Under the pieces are notes generated by a model that searched no databases, had not been told where the DNA came from, and saw only the letters and a list, made by a program, of their open reading frames with translations. DNA of 64,000 nucleotides. It comes from the human T2T-CHM13v2.0 reference genome, Homo sapiens. Numbering within the stretch: the stretch's first letter is position 1; each line of letters begins with the position of its first letter. Position numbers and translations under genes: made by a program. This document shows positions 32,871 to 49,155 of the stretch, piece by piece. Where the stretch lies: the NCBI RefSeq assembly GCF_009914755.1, contig NC_060936.1, one strand, 5' to 3'.

Positions 32871-33165
32871 CCAGGCACAGTGGCTCATGCCTGTAATCCC
32901 AGCACTTTAGGAGGATGAGGTGGGAGGATCACCTGAGGTCAGGACTTCGAAACCAGCCTGGCCAACATGGAGAAACCTTGTCTCCACTAAAAATACAAAA
33001 ATTAGCGGGGCTTGGTGCTAGGCGCTTGTAATCCCAGCTACTCGGGAGGCTGAGGCACAAGAATTGCTTGAACCTGGGAGGTGGGAGGTTGCAGTGAGCC
33101 GAGACGGCGCCACTGCCTGGGCAACAGAGCACGACTCCGTCAAATAAATAAATAAATAAATAAAT
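32871..33165 (+). mobile_element. Alu with (AAAT)n tail
   Basis: Dimer; TSD GAACCTTAAAA. Confidence 0.93.
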
Positions 33166-33994
33166 AGAACCTTAAAAAGTATACTTCAAAGTATAATCCC
33201 CATGACTTTATTCTTAAAAAAAAAAAACTTTTCCAATCTTATAAGAGCTATGTAAAATTAAAATGTTTTAAATCTAGTTTATTCTACTATGATTTCACTC
33301 CTTAAAGTTAATGCATTATTCGAACATGCATGTATATATGTAAACAAACACACATAAACACATCTAATTTCAAAGGCTAGTCATAACACAAAGATGAATA
33401 CTAACAGTTCAAATCATTTAGTAATTTACTAGTTTAGTGTTAAGTATATGTAGCTATTAAAATACAGAATATAGCTAGTGGCTAAAAAAGTTAGTATTAC
33501 TGATTTGAAAAGGGAAAGTGGAAAGTAAAAAGCCCTAACTTCTTAATTTCTAACACAAATCACTTGAAACTTAAGCACAGAATTCTGAAGATCAATATAA
33601 ATCACTGACCAAAAAACCCCCATAACTTCTTCAGTAAATAGAACACTTACAGCATCAAACAAAATCAGAGAGAATGGAAGGGATATTTTTATCTCTAAGG
33701 TGAACTACTGAAATAGGTTGCTAGCAGCCATGTCCTAACCTATTTACCCCTACTACCAAATTAATCTTTCTGCAGTAGCCCTTAGTTCATTTAATCTACT
33801 GTTAGAAATTCACAATTTATGAATTAAGTTTACACTTTCAGGCTTGCTACAATCCATCCTCCCACTCTTTTTTCAGACACCTTTTCTCCATTTCCTAAAA
33901 CCAACAACCCTCCAGGCGCAACACCCTGAGATTCCATTTCTATCACTCGGCTTCAGCTCCTTCCTCAGCCTCTCTCCTCTTCAGTGCATTTTAT

Positions 33995-34270
33995 CCTAAG
34001 CGAACTAACACAGGAACAGCAAACCAAATACTGCATGTTCTCATAAGTGGAAGCTAAACAACAAAAACACATGGATACAAATAGGGCAACAACAGACACT
34101 GGGGCCTACCTGAGGGTGGAGGGTGGGAGAAGGGAGAAGATCAGAAAAAATACCATTGAGTACTAGCTTATTACCTGGGTGACAAAATAATCTGTACACC
34201 AAACCCCCATGACACGCAGTTTAACTATATAACAAACCTGCTCATGTACCCTGAAACCTGAAATAAAAGG
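33995..34270 (+). mobile_element. L1P 3' end
   Basis: AACAGCAAACCAAATACTGCATGTTCTC...AACAAACCTGCTCATGTACCCTGAAACCTGAAATAAAAG. Confidence 0.85.
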
Positions 34271-34499
34271 TTTTTTTTTAAGACTTAAAAATTCTAGCAA
34301 AATATCTGTTTTACCTTGTTTAATGGAGCATCTCCCAAACATATCATAATTTTTTTTTTTTACTTAGCATGCCTTTTAACATCTTGTAAAGCACCAGCTT
34401 TCGACTGAAAAGCCATCTGAGAAAGAGCTCTTGCCTCTACTCCCGTATCAGCCTCTGGAACTGGCCTCCAGGCACAACTCTCCTCTCCACCTCCGATTC

Positions 34500-35385
<886 letters not shown>

Positions 35386-35599
35386 AAATTAATGAATCTC
35401 TGATAATATAATTATCACCTAATCATAATAAGAGAATCCCTATCAACTATAAACATTTTTATAACCAATCACTTTAACAAAAACCTTCAACAATCTCCTG
35501 TGGAATTTTAGCTTTAAAATGTATGTTAATCCATAGAGTACGTTTCCATTGCTACTGCATAAGTACAACCAAGCAAGAGATAAACAAATTTTAAATATA

Positions 35600-36508
35600 T
35601 TTGAATACATTAGAAATCTCACATACTTCTTACACTAGCAGTGTATGAGAATTCTCGTTTCTCCACATCCCTTCTCAGCATTTGATATCATCAGTCTTTT
35701 GTAATTTTAGCCATTCCAGTGGTATGTGCTGATATCTATTGTGCTCTTAATTTGCATTTCTCTGGTGAATGAGATTGAATAACTTTTTGTATGTTTATTA
35801 CCAATAGAATATTTTCTTTTGTGATGCATCTGTGTATTTTGTTGTTTAAAACACACATGTGCACACGCACATGCACACACAATCTTTTCCTTTATGGGTA
35901 ATAATCTTTTTGTGTCCTGTTTAAAAATCTTTTCCCTACCCGAAGGTTATGAAGATATTCTCATAGTTACCTTCCAGAGTATCTATTACTTTTGTATTTC
36001 ACATTTAGATCTACAATCCAACTGGAATTTATTTTTGTGTATGGTATAAGGTACGGGGGAGATGAAGATGAACTTTTTCCCCATATAGACAGGTTGACAA
36101 GACTCTCTTTTCCCCACTTTTCTGAAATGCCACCTTTATCATAAATCAAGTGTCCATATCTGTCTGGATCTTTTTCCACACTCTATTCTGATTCATTAGT
36201 TTGTTGTCTAATTTTGCACTAACACCACATTGTCTTAATTATTGTGGCTTTATAAGTCTTAATGTCCATCAGAGTCGGTCAGTCCTCTCACTTTCTTGTT
36301 CCTAAAGATTGACTTGGCTGTGCCTGGTCTTTTTCATCTTTATATCAATTTACCATTTTTCACACATGCATACACAAACAGACAATGCACACATATCTGG
36401 GATTTTGTTTGGACTTGTATTAAATCTGTGATTGGTTTCGGAAGAACATCTTTACAATACTTACAGTCTTTCAAGCCATGAACATAGTATATCCCCTCAA
36501 TTATTTAG
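35600..36508 (-). mobile_element. Old L1M ORF2/3' fragment
   Basis: ORF 35967-36179 gives DPDRYGHLIYDKG...WGKESL...PYLIPYTKINSSWIVDLNVK, an L1 ORF2 C-terminal remnant. Confidence 0.85.
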
Positions 36509-36510
36509 CT

Positions 36511-37151
36511 CAGTGTTTCTCTTAGCCCCTTACAGAAGTCTACAAGGTTAATACTCTCATTCTCTTACAAGCATATGATGGAGTTTTCCAGGAGCTTGTA
36601 TGTGACATCACAATAGGCTAGATGCAGAAGTGGATATGAGAATTCAGCTGTCTTAATTAAGACATTTAAAAAAATTTCCAAAAATGTAAAACGATGCCAC
36701 TCTTTTTGTTTCGTAAAATACATCTATTTTTCATAAGCATAATATTTATGTTGGAATGTAATGGGTTATTATTTTAAAATAAATATTTAAAAGTTTTTTC
36801 AACTTTATTTTCTAATTTGGTAAATACAGACAGCCAACATAAACAAAAACCTCTTTGGGTTCCTCAATTTTTTTTTAGCATTAAAATAATAACAGACAAA
36901 AAATTCAAAATGGTATTTTATTGCAGTCATGTGCATTCACATGAAGTTGTAAGAAGTAATACCAAGATATCCCTTTGTCTAGTTTCTAATGGTAAAACTT
37001 TGCAAAACTATAATATAATATAATCAGAATATTAACATTGATATAATATACTGATATTCATATTTACCCAGTTTTATTTATTTGGCTAGTGTGTCCTTGA
37101 TTTTTAATATTATAAAGGGGGTCCTAAAACCAAAAAGTCTGATAACTGCTG
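36511..37151. mobile_element. hAT-Charlie family DNA transposon remnant (with a nested L1 fragment at about 36920-37100)
   Basis: Termini CAGTGTTTCTC / GATAACTGCTG; internal GCAGAAGTGGATATGAGAATTCAGCTGTCTT...AAAAATGTAAAACGATGCCACTCTT. Confidence 0.7.
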
Positions 37152-38379
37152 ATTTAAAATTTCTTTAACATTTGTTTGTACTTTTTTATTTGTACAGACT
37201 GTACATTTATACAATCAATATTGGCATCTTTCTGAACTCGCTTATTATTTCCAGCTTTATGTCCCCATCATCTCCTCAAAATACATGATTACAGTTAGAG
37301 TAGGCATGTTTTTTCAGAGGGGTTCAGCCCCATCAGCCACCATTGATGACCTTGTATGATACATGAATAACCTGAGATGGATCATTTGGTCCCTTTCCTG
37401 GAAATCTGGAATTAGAACTCAGGAGGAGATAAATCTCTCTAGATAACTAGACCAGAATGTAAACTCTGGAAGTGACCTTATTTTCTGCCTTTTTAAACTG
37501 GGAAAACAAAAAATCTGGTTTTCTATAAAAAAAAAAAATCTGGATTTGTTAGAAACAATAATGAGAAACTTAGAGAACTTCTTGAGTTGCATATAGTACC
37601 TGATTCTAATTCATTCCAGAAGCCCCAGTTCTATGAGATACTATAATCTTATAAATTATTTAGGCCGGTTCCAATGGGCTTTTCTTACTTACAACCAAGA
37701 CTCCTAACTAATATATGCACAAAATCCTTCTACCATTTTCCTACTAGAGGTTGGTCTAACACTGTAGGTAAGTATGCGGCTTTGAAAATTGATTCCTTTT
37801 TGTTTTTCAAGGGGCTCATAAGAAAATAATTGAGTTGATGGAGTTCTGGGAATCTTAGGGCATTTTAAGACTCCAATTACTATACTGTGAAGTACGTGTG
37901 CTTGCTTATGTGTGAGAATGTATGCATGTTTATGTATAAATTTGTTAACAATTCTAGAAAAAGAAATTGGAACACAGGTTTGTTTTTCTCTGTAGAACTA
38001 ACTTTGTTAAATGAAGCCATTCCCTTGGCAGGTCATTGCTAAGATCTGCTGAACAGCAAACAAATCTAAAAACCTAGACACATTCTACAGATGTGATCTT
38101 ACAATGCAGAATAGATTTTTTTTTTAAATCTAGGCTTAACACTATTTTTGCTTTACATTAAATTGGTATATTTAAAAATTATTATACTGTTGTCAGACAC
38201 CAGGCTTGCTGTTAAACTTCCAATGACTTACTTCTCATATGTCTGTCAAAAATGATCTCTACCAACCTACACTCATCCATTTTTAATGTGGAATTTTAAA
38301 TTAATACCCATTATCTTTTCATCTTATTATTTAAAACCCACTATTTTATGCTTTTTGAAGTTCTCTCTCAGCTCCTACA

Positions 38380-38790
38380 ACTTTATCTGCTTAAACGTTA
38401 CACAGGATAGGGTCAAGATTAAGAACACAAGGACCACTATGTTAGTCTTCCCTTTGGGTTGACACTGAGTGATCAATCAGCAGGCTGACATGTATACAGT
38501 AGTTCACCCAGCTATTAGTGAGCCTAATCCTGATAATATTCACGCCAAATTTTTGTCATGTTAACCGTAAAGACATAACAAGAGCCTTTCCATGTGCTTT
38601 ACAAAAAAAATCAAGCTATACTGTTTGCAACATTTCCCCCAGTTATGTTTCTAAACCTTGACCAAAAAGGAAGTAAAGATAGGTCAACATAACTTGTTTT
38701 CAGAAAACTCAAATTGACATCTAGTGTTCAACACAGTCTCTTCCAGAACTATCTGTTTAATAGTGGATATTAGAATTTTGCCAGTGTAGA
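38380..38790 (-). mobile_element. Possible L3/CR1 ancient LINE remnant
   Basis: CATTTCCCC...CAAAAAGGAAGTAAAGATAGGTCAACATAACTTGTTTTCAGAAAAC resembles the reverse CR1/L3 RT region. Confidence 0.45.
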
Positions 38791-38806
38791 GTAGAAGACC
38801 ATTTTA

Positions 38807-38872
38807 AACAAATGTACCTATAAACAACAAATGTACCTATAAACAACAAATGTACCTATAAACAACAAATGT
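38807..38872 (+). repeat. Perfect 19-bp tandem repeat x3.5 (AACAAATGTACCTATAAAC)
   Basis: Identical units at 38807, 38826 and 38845, plus a partial unit at 38864-38872. Confidence 0.97.
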
Positions 38873-39871
38873 GTATGTAAATTAAAAGCCATTCCATCAG
38901 TTGCCTTCCATCTTCCTATTCTTGTTCTGGTTTATAAATTTTAAAAGTCCTCTTTTCACTGCCTTCAAAAATATTTTCACAAAATTCACGTAACTATGGG
39001 CTTCAACATTCCTAATTCTAAGAGACTTGGGGCTGTTTTTTCAATTCATTCTTAGACAGATATTCATCGACAAATGCTTTATACATTCATAAAGAATGGG
39101 GCAAAAGAGCATACTGTATAAAACTGCTTTTCTAATTCTTTCTTCACATTATCTCCTATTGGATTGTTTAAAATTCTAAAACCCAAATTTTATCCTTTAA
39201 AACCCCTTTGTCCTTCAAAAATGACTTGCCTTTTTGGTAATTATACTTAGCTTTTCTCTGAACTTTCTGTAGTCCACTTGCAAAAAGCTACAAAATACAT
39301 CTAACCATATCCAGAATTCCATTATTTGCTTAGAATACTCTCCCAAGGTGTTCATCACATCGTCAAGCAGTCATTCCTCATGAAATAAAAGGTTCAGAGA
39401 AAAGGCAAGTATAATACAGAAATAAATACTGAACCATCAACACCAGCTTCCTTGAGTGGCCAAACACTAGCAAACTAAAATTCATTAGTTATATCAATGT
39501 TTCTATATTTAATCCATAAAATATTACTGGGAATAGCCATTTAGGCATTTTTCTCCAATTGAGATTTTTCTTTTTTTTTTTCTGCTTGTTGTAAAAGATC
39601 CAAAAGTAACATAATTCAAAATCTGTATTTCCCTCCCAGAGACAACCACTGTTAACAGTTGAGGTACTTTACCAGATTTTTTCCCTATGTAAATAACCCC
39701 CCAAAGGGCTCATACCATACATACTGTCCTGCAATTAACATTTTTTACATTTGAGTGTTTTTAAAGCGAGAAAAACTTATATAGTATTCCCACATATAAA
39801 GACTGGCTCTAAATGTCAAGGATGGGTTGAAAAGGGAAAAAGATGCCATGTTATACAGAGTTAAGAGTTTA

Positions 39872-40188
<317 letters not shown>

Positions 40189-41498
40189 TTATGTCCTATT
40201 TCATTTAAGCTGAAACAAATCTGCTGATGCTTACTCAAAGTCAAAATAACCCAACCTTTCTGTACACTACTACTTTCCTCATTAACTGCAACTTTTAAAA
40301 ATATTAAAACATGCAAAAAACCCTCAATCAAATACTCAAAGCAAGTCCTGTAATATTTTGAGCAAAAAAGAAAAAACATTAAATCTATTAGACATAAAAA
40401 GTGTATAAAGGTGTTAGGTTTCTTAGTTGTAACTAATATTTTACCTTTATTTTCCCTGAAAAATACCATTTAGTAAATTTAGAAACTGAGAGAAGTTAGA
40501 GATTGTTAAAATTCTTTCACTATACAATTAGAAAAATCCAACATGCTCTGAGAAAATGTACTCTCACCTATCTTAACCTGTGACTTTATTTTCATAGCAT
40601 ACTATTTCAGTCAATAAAAGACTTGTAGATCGTTACTACTACCACTCCTTTATTCCTCTCCAACAGTTCTGTGATCCACTCCTCCCCATACACCTCTGCC
40701 ACATACATAATATCATAAAAGTAAATTTGGCTTTACTTAGAAATTCTTTACTAATTCTTCTGAACTGAAAAGTACAGAAAAACAAAATTTTGCATATATT
40801 TTTAGGCAGTTCACTGAAACCTTAAAAAAAAAAAAACATAATCACGAATCTGTATCCTGCGTTTTTTCTGTATGTTCATAAATTGTTTTCTACTTGGTTT
40901 TCACATTTCCAGGGAATCAGAGGCAAGTAAGAGAACAGACTAAATCCAAGGAAAAAACCACACTCCAAGCATGATCTCCATGTATTAGTTATAGTTAGGC
41001 CACCCCTCCTCCATGTGTGCACAACATCCTGTACAGATAGCCTATAGTGTACATTTTACACTTGATTTTCATTTCTTGTTTACTTGACTGTCTCCTCCAG
41101 TATCATTCTGCAATATCAATACTCTGCTGCTGACCTATACAGTAAGCACACAATATTTACTGCATGCTGTGAAAAGCACCTTCATCATCTAGTTGTCCAA
41201 GCCAGAAAACAGGTGCATGCACATCTTTAAATAATCCCTCAAGCCAATCCACCTCCAATTCCTACCAATTCTATTTCATAAATATATTTTAAGTCCATCT
41301 ACTATTTTCCAACCCTCCTGCCGCTAAGCTAGTTCATCTCATAGTCATCTCTCTCAGACTACCCAACTTCCTCAAATGTCTCTCTACCTTCAGCTTTGTC
41401 CTCTCTTTTCAGTGCCTTGTCCACACTGCAGCCAAAAGTGATTTTTCTTAAAAAAGAAAAATTGGTTGTCCATTTAACCTGATTAAAATCCTTCAACT

Positions 41499-41783
41499 GG
41501 CCAGGTGCAGTGGCTCACGCCTGTAATCCCAGCACTTTGGGAGGCCAAGGCGGGCAGATTACTTGAGGTCAGGAGTTTGAGACCAGCCTGGCCAACACGG
41601 CGAAACCCCGTCTCTACTAAAAATACAAAAATTAGCTAGGCGTGGTGGCATGCGCCTGTAATCCCAGCTACTCAGGAGGCTGAGGTGGGAGAATCACTTG
41701 AACCGGGGAGGCAGAGGTGGCAGTGAGCTGAGATCACGCCACTGTACTCCAGACAGAGCAAGACTCTTGTCTTAAAAAAAAAA
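41499..41783 (+). mobile_element. Alu inside an L2 remnant
   Basis: Dimer; TSD AAAATCCTTCA. Confidence 0.95.
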
Positions 41784-41939
41784 ATCCTTCAGCACTTCTG
41801 TGCACTTCCAGATCTTTACACATGCTATTTTCCCTCTCTCTGAAATAGTTTCCCATAATCTTCCCTCCCTAACAACCTTGGCTAACATTTACTCATCGCT
41901 GAGCAGCTCAAACATCAACTTTATCCAGAAAGTCTTCTC

Positions 41940-42254
<315 letters not shown>

Positions 42255-42534
42255 CTAGGTGAAATATGCCTTCATAAGCTTCCATACTGTATTACCATTA
42301 CATATCATTACACATAACTGATGTAAATTTATAATTGTCTGTGTATTATCTATACACTCCAGTAGACTACAAGCTGTGTTAGGGCAGGGGCAATGTCTGG
42401 CTGTTCTGTTCACCATCATAATTATAGTGACTAATACCAAGCCTAGGCTGAGGCTGGGGGACTGATAGAAGATAATTACTCTGGCTCTGTCAGTGCCTCA
42501 ATTTTTAGTAGTAAACACTGATAAATATATACGT

Positions 42535-43700
42535 TCACTTTTTTAAATGTTTGAGATACCATTCACATACCATAAAATAACCCATTTAAAGTGTACAAAT
42601 AAACAGATTCACAGAGTTGTGCAACTGTCAGCACAATTTTACATTTTTGTCACCCTAAAAAGTTGTACCCATTAGCAGTTATTCACCAACTCCCCTCAAC
42701 ACCTCTAGTTTCTGGCAACCATTTATCTGCCTTCTTGCTTCATACACAGATTTGCCTATTCTGGACATTTCATATAAATGGAATCATACACCATGTGGTC
42801 TTTTGTGACTGGCTTCTTTCACTTAGCATGTTTAAGATTCATCTTTGTAGCAATTATCAGCATCCCCTTTTTGCTACTGAATAATATTCCGCTGATTCCA
42901 GGGACAAAACATATCACTTTATTCATCAGCTGATAAGACATTTGTGTTTTCATCTTTGGCTATCATCAATAATGCTGCCATGAACATTACTATACACATT
43001 TCTGTGTGGACACATGTTCAATTCTCTTGAGTATACACCTAAGAGTAGAACTGCTGGGTCATACGGTAACTCTGTTTAACCTTTTGAGAAAATGCCAGAC
43101 TGTTTTGAAAGTGGCTATACCATCTTACTATTACCACCAGCAGTGCATGAGGGTTCCAATTTCTCCATATCTGCTGTGATTTAAATATCCCTCCCAAAAC
43201 TCATGCTGAAACCTGATCCCTAATGTGGCACTGTTGATAGCTGGGGACTTTGGGAGGTGACTGCATCAGGAGGGCTCTTCTCTCATAAATGGATTAATCC
43301 ACTCATGGATTAAAGGGTTAATGAATTAATGGGTTATCATGGGAGTGGAACTTGTGGCTTTCTAAGAAGAGGAAGAAAGACCTTGAGCACGTTATCACAC
43401 TCGGCCCCCTCACCATGTGATACCCTGTGCTGCCTCAGGACTCTACAGAGTCCCCAACAGGCAAGAAGGCTCTCACCAGAGTTGACCCTACAACCTTGGA
43501 CTTCTTAGCCGCCATAGCTGTAATAAGTAAATCTTTTTAAATAATCCAGTTTCTGGTATTCCGTTATAAGCAAAAGAAAACAGGACTAATACAACATCCT
43601 AGTCATTACTTGTTCTCTTTTTTATTAAAGCCATCCTAGTAGGTGTGAACTAGTATCTCATTGTGGGTTTGATTTGCATTTCCCAAATGGCTAATTTCAT
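42535..43700 (-). mobile_element. L1M 3' region interrupted by an MST LTR
   Basis: TTTGCCTATTCTGGACATTTCATATAAATGGAATCATAC...; resumes after the LTR with GCCATCCTAGTAGGTGTGAA.TAGTATCTCATTGTGG. Confidence 0.82.
43172..43593 (+). mobile_element. MST-class MaLR solo LTR
   Basis: TGCTGTGATTT...CAAAACTCATGCTGAAAC...GGACTAATACA; 5-bp TSD ATATC/ACATC. Confidence 0.85.
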
Positions 43701-44633
43701 TTTACTGTCGACTCTATGAGGGTACTGTTGGTATATTTTTGCTCAAAAATGTGTCTTCTCAGCACTTAGTAGTGTCTGGCACAGAAGAGACCTTTAATAT
43801 ATGTTAAATGAATATACAAAAGATGATTTTTTTTTAGGTGTGTGCATGGTAGAGGAGATGTACTGTATGCAAGTGAGGAGAAAACAGAAAAAGACCCTGA
43901 GATTCTAGCTTAGTAAATGGAAGACTGATATAAAAAATAAGATATGGATCATGTAAGAAGGAGGACAGATCATATAAAAAGAAAGTTGAAACTACATAAA
44001 TAACACAAAAAAGAATAATAGACATATGAGAACCTTGGCAACATTCATCTTCAAGAAAGAAACTGACAAAAAGGTACACTAAACAGGTACATTCAGAAGA
44101 CAAACCAGTAGTGAATAGGGTCATAAAAGGCTCAAAACATCTGCTGATAAGTTACCTATAACTTACAGAGCTTTCTCAGGGATGTCTTCCATTGATACTC
44201 TGGGTTAAGCCCGCCTAATAAAGCCTTTAATTTCACCTTGTATCTCTACTCTACCACTTATTTACATTGTAATCATCGGCTCATGCTGCCACCTCAACTA
44301 GATTGTATACTACATGTAGCCAGGGACCACTGTTTTTAGAGATTAGTACTGTGCTGGACATATGATAAATGGTGATCTCTCTATGTTTCTTGCATGAATG
44401 AGTTATTCACTAATTTAAATGAATAACAGCATCATATAAATGAATACAGATATTGTTTAATATTTTAATAACTTCAAAATTTTCAAACATTAGAACTAAA
44501 CCTTACATAAAGAAAAAAGGAAGAACACTTTTTACCTTGTCTTCCCCAATTGCTTCTCTGAGTGAAATACAACTAATTTTATTCTCACAAACACACACAC
44601 ACAGAGTAATAAAGCAATAAAACAATTTTCCTC

Positions 44634-44960
44634 AGCCAGGCATGGTAGTGCATGGCTGTAATCCAAGCACTTTGGGATGCCAAGGCAGGAGGATTGCTTG
44701 AGCCCAGGAGTTTGAAACCAGCCTGGGCAACACAGCAAAACCTTGTCTCTACTACTAATAATAATGATTTTAAAAGTCAGCCAGTTGTGGTGGGCACACG
44801 CCTGTAGTCTCAGCTACTCAAAAGGCTGAGGTGGGAGAATCACTAAGGCCAGGCAGTCGAAGCTGCAGTGAGCTGTGTTCACACCACTGCACTCCCAGCC
44901 TGGGTAACAGAGCAAGACCCCATCTCAAAACAAAACAAAAAAAACAATAAATAAAACAAA
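44634..44960 (+). mobile_element. Alu (AluJ-like)
   Basis: Diverged dimer with (CAAAA) tail. Confidence 0.92.
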
Positions 44961-45091
44961 AATCTGCCTGTGGGTGACATATGGGGGATAACATTATCGC
45001 ATCAATTTAACAGATGTGTCAACATGAGTACTTTCACGGTTAGTTTTCCATTTTCAATATACTAGAAACTTTATTAAAAATGCCTTTTGCA

Positions 45092-45520
45092 GACTTAGAA
45101 CTAACCCAAATCCCCATCAATGATGAACTGGATAAAGAAAATGTAGCACATACACACCATGGAATACAGTCATAAAAAAGAATGAGTTCATGTCCTTTGC
45201 AGGGACATGGATGAAGCTGGAAGCCATCATTCTCAGCAAACTAATACAGGAACAGAAAACCAAACACCTCAGGTTCTCACTCATAAGTGGAAGTTGAACA
45301 ATGAGAACACATGGACACAGGGAGGACCATCACACACTGGGGCCTGTCGGGGGCTCAGGGGCAAGGGTAGGGAGAGCATTAGGACAAATACCTAATGCAT
45401 GCAGGGCTTAAAACCTAGATATGAGTCGGTAAGTGCAGCAAACTACCATAGCATAAGTATACCCATGTAACACACCTGCACGTTCTGCACATGTATACCA
45501 GAACTTAAAAGTAAAAAATT
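45092..45520 (+). mobile_element. L1PA 3' end
   Basis: GAGTTCATGTCCTTTGCAGGGACATGGATGAAGCTGGAAGCCATCATTCTCAGCAAACT...CCAGAACTTAAAAGTA. Confidence 0.92.
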
Positions 45521-45657
45521 TTTTAAAAAGTATTTTGTATAAACAATCATTTAAATGGCATGTTATTTTGAGCAAAACATAAGATTGCAGATAAGATTTC
45601 TAAGGAACAATCCTAAGGAATACAATGTGATGAGCGAGTAAAGATGTACATGGTATA

Positions 45658-46015
<358 letters not shown>

Positions 46016-46425
46016 TCATCAGGAAAGGACTAGGAAAATAAATTCCAAGATGTATATGCACATGCACACACAATGGAATACGATACACTCATTAAAAGGG
46101 AAAATGTATATGAATATTCTTTAACACAGAAATGTTTCTTAAAATACATAATGTTTCAAAACTGGTTATAAACCAGAAAATTAGGTATGACCCCATTTAT
46201 AGAAAATTACATACTTGTATAGAGATATTTAAAAGGATGTTAAACTTTTAAATGGAGCAAAGTCCAGTCCCGAAATTTTGGATAACATTTTATTTTTTAC
46301 ATTTGTCTTTAGTGTTTTAATTAAATAATTATTCTTAAACTTTTACAACTATTTTTATTTGGGATAAAATTCACATACAACATTAAACATACAAAAGTAA
46401 GCCATGTTTAAAAATAAAAAGGAGA

Positions 46426-46734
<309 letters not shown>

Positions 46735-47097
46735 AGGAGATGGGGATGACCCATATAAAAGCAAGACACTGAAGACTTAATAATTACTTATTAAATTTTC
46801 ATGTATATCAAAAAATAATGGAAAACACTGAGAAGATCAACAATATAAAGGCATTTTAACTGTAAAAAATGATGGTTCAAAGAGTTAAACAGCAATAGGC
46901 ATTTTAAAAGAAAAAATCTTGAATATGCTACAGAGTTCTTAAGTAGATTCCATGTACTTGGAAGGAATACAGAAATTGCTGAATATGTCATCTGTCCAAA
47001 CCTTTTAAGAAAAACTGTAGAAATTAAAATATCTTTGAGAAAAACAATAGTTCTTAATGACATAGTGTCATGATCTAGAGCCAGCAGCATCACAACC

Positions 47098-47392
47098 TTT
47101 TTTTAAAATGTGAGACCTGGTCTCACTCTGTCGTTCAGGCTAGAATGCAGTGGCGTGATCACAGCTCACTGCAACCCCAACCTCCTGGGCTCAAGCAATC
47201 CTCCTGCCTCAGCCTCCTGAGTAGCTGGGACCACAGATGCGTGTCGCCATGCTCAGCTAATTTTTAAATTTTTTGTAGAGACAAGGTCTCACTTTGTTGC
47301 CCAAGCCAGTTTTGAACTCCTGGGCTCAAGCAATCCTCCCACCTCGGCCTCCCAAAGTGCTGGGATTACAGGCATGAGCTACTGTGCCAGGC
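47098..47392 (-). mobile_element. Alu (AluJ-like)
   Basis: Reverse dimer. Confidence 0.93.
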
Positions 47393-48572
47393 AGCACCGA
47401 AATCTTTTGCAGAAAACACAAACATATACAAAAAAGACTATGTTCACAAACTATAACATTGACTTGTTTCATCAAAATCTAGAACACAAATGAACAGTAC
47501 TTTAGGTTTACAAATTCTGAAGCATACTCAAATCCACACAACGTAAAGAGTTAACTTAAATCCAAGGTGACATTTATGATCATATTCCAGTTAAGAATAA
47601 GCTTTTTAGAAAATATCATGTAATCACGGATATTTATTAACCATGATGACTACATGATCCACCTTTATTCACCAGATGCATCTTCGAATGATATCATTTT
47701 CAAAATTTAAAAACTCTCCTGAAAGAAAAAAAAACTCTCAACACTGAGGATATTTTAAAAAAATGTTCTGGAGCTGAAACTCCAACAGAAAAGCTCTAGA
47801 AGTGTTCCATGCAAGAATATAAATATTCAAATAAGTTTATAACCATCTAAAACAATTTTGAAGGCTAATAAAATATATATAATTTGGGATGTTTATTACA
47901 AGTAAAGGTTGAGTGCATACGTGTACGTGTGTGTGTGTGTGTGTGTAACAGTCCATGAAAATATACTTTCCCACATGGTTATTAATCTTTAAGAGGGTGC
48001 CAAGTGACATCTCACAAAATGTATTCTCCTCTGCACTATGCAGTATTCAAGAAAATGACATGAGCTTTGTACAATCTTATGATTTTATTGTTAGAGGTCA
48101 TGTTAAACTAAGAAAATAGTAATTTCAGCTCAAATGTGAGTTAAATCATCAAGTTAAAGTAAAGCTTTTTATTAAGTGAAGCTCTCTCTGCAGAATATCT
48201 CACTTAATATACATAACATTTAAATAGACTACTAAAAAAGTGACAGCTGAGGAATGCTTTCACTTCTTTCCATGGTTTCTACTGAATGTCATTTCAGAAA
48301 TGCCTATACAACACATGACAATGTGGAATGTCTCCTCCCATGAAAGAGCATTTGAGTTGAGCAGCAAGCACACTTAGGGCAGTAACACAGAACTCAAGCG
48401 TGTCTTTTTATGGTTAGCCAGCATAACAATGCAAAGATAAACAACCAAAACACTAATAAGGTCAGAAAATACTGACATAGAGGGAGCCATAGTAAAAATG
48501 TTATTTGGAAAAAAAAACTATCAGTAAAATAACAGAAAATATGCATTATTTCTAATATTACCATGCTAGAGA

Positions 48573-48725
48573 TTTCTTTTCTTTTTCTTTCTTTTCTTTT
48601 CTCTTTATTGGTAGAGACACCGTCTCCCTATATTGCCCAGGCTGGTCTTGAACTTCTGGGATCAAGTCTCTTGCCTTGGCTTCTCAAAGTGCTGGGATTA
48701 CAGGTGTGAGCCACTGCATCCAGCC
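48573..48725 (-). mobile_element. FLAM/Alu monomer
   Basis: Reverse monomer; TSD TAGAGATT. Confidence 0.88.
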
Positions 48726-48778
48726 TAGAGATTACTTTTCTAAATGAACACTCAAGGATTTGTTTAAAGAATTTTTAA

Positions 48779-49155
<377 letters not shown>

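Noticed and set aside
35967-36179. ORF resembling a reverse-transcriptase-associated C-terminus
   Set aside because: A short decayed L1 ORF2 remnant.
38807-38872. 19-bp repeats as a CRISPR-like array
   Set aside because: Head-to-tail units without spacers, in a eukaryotic context.
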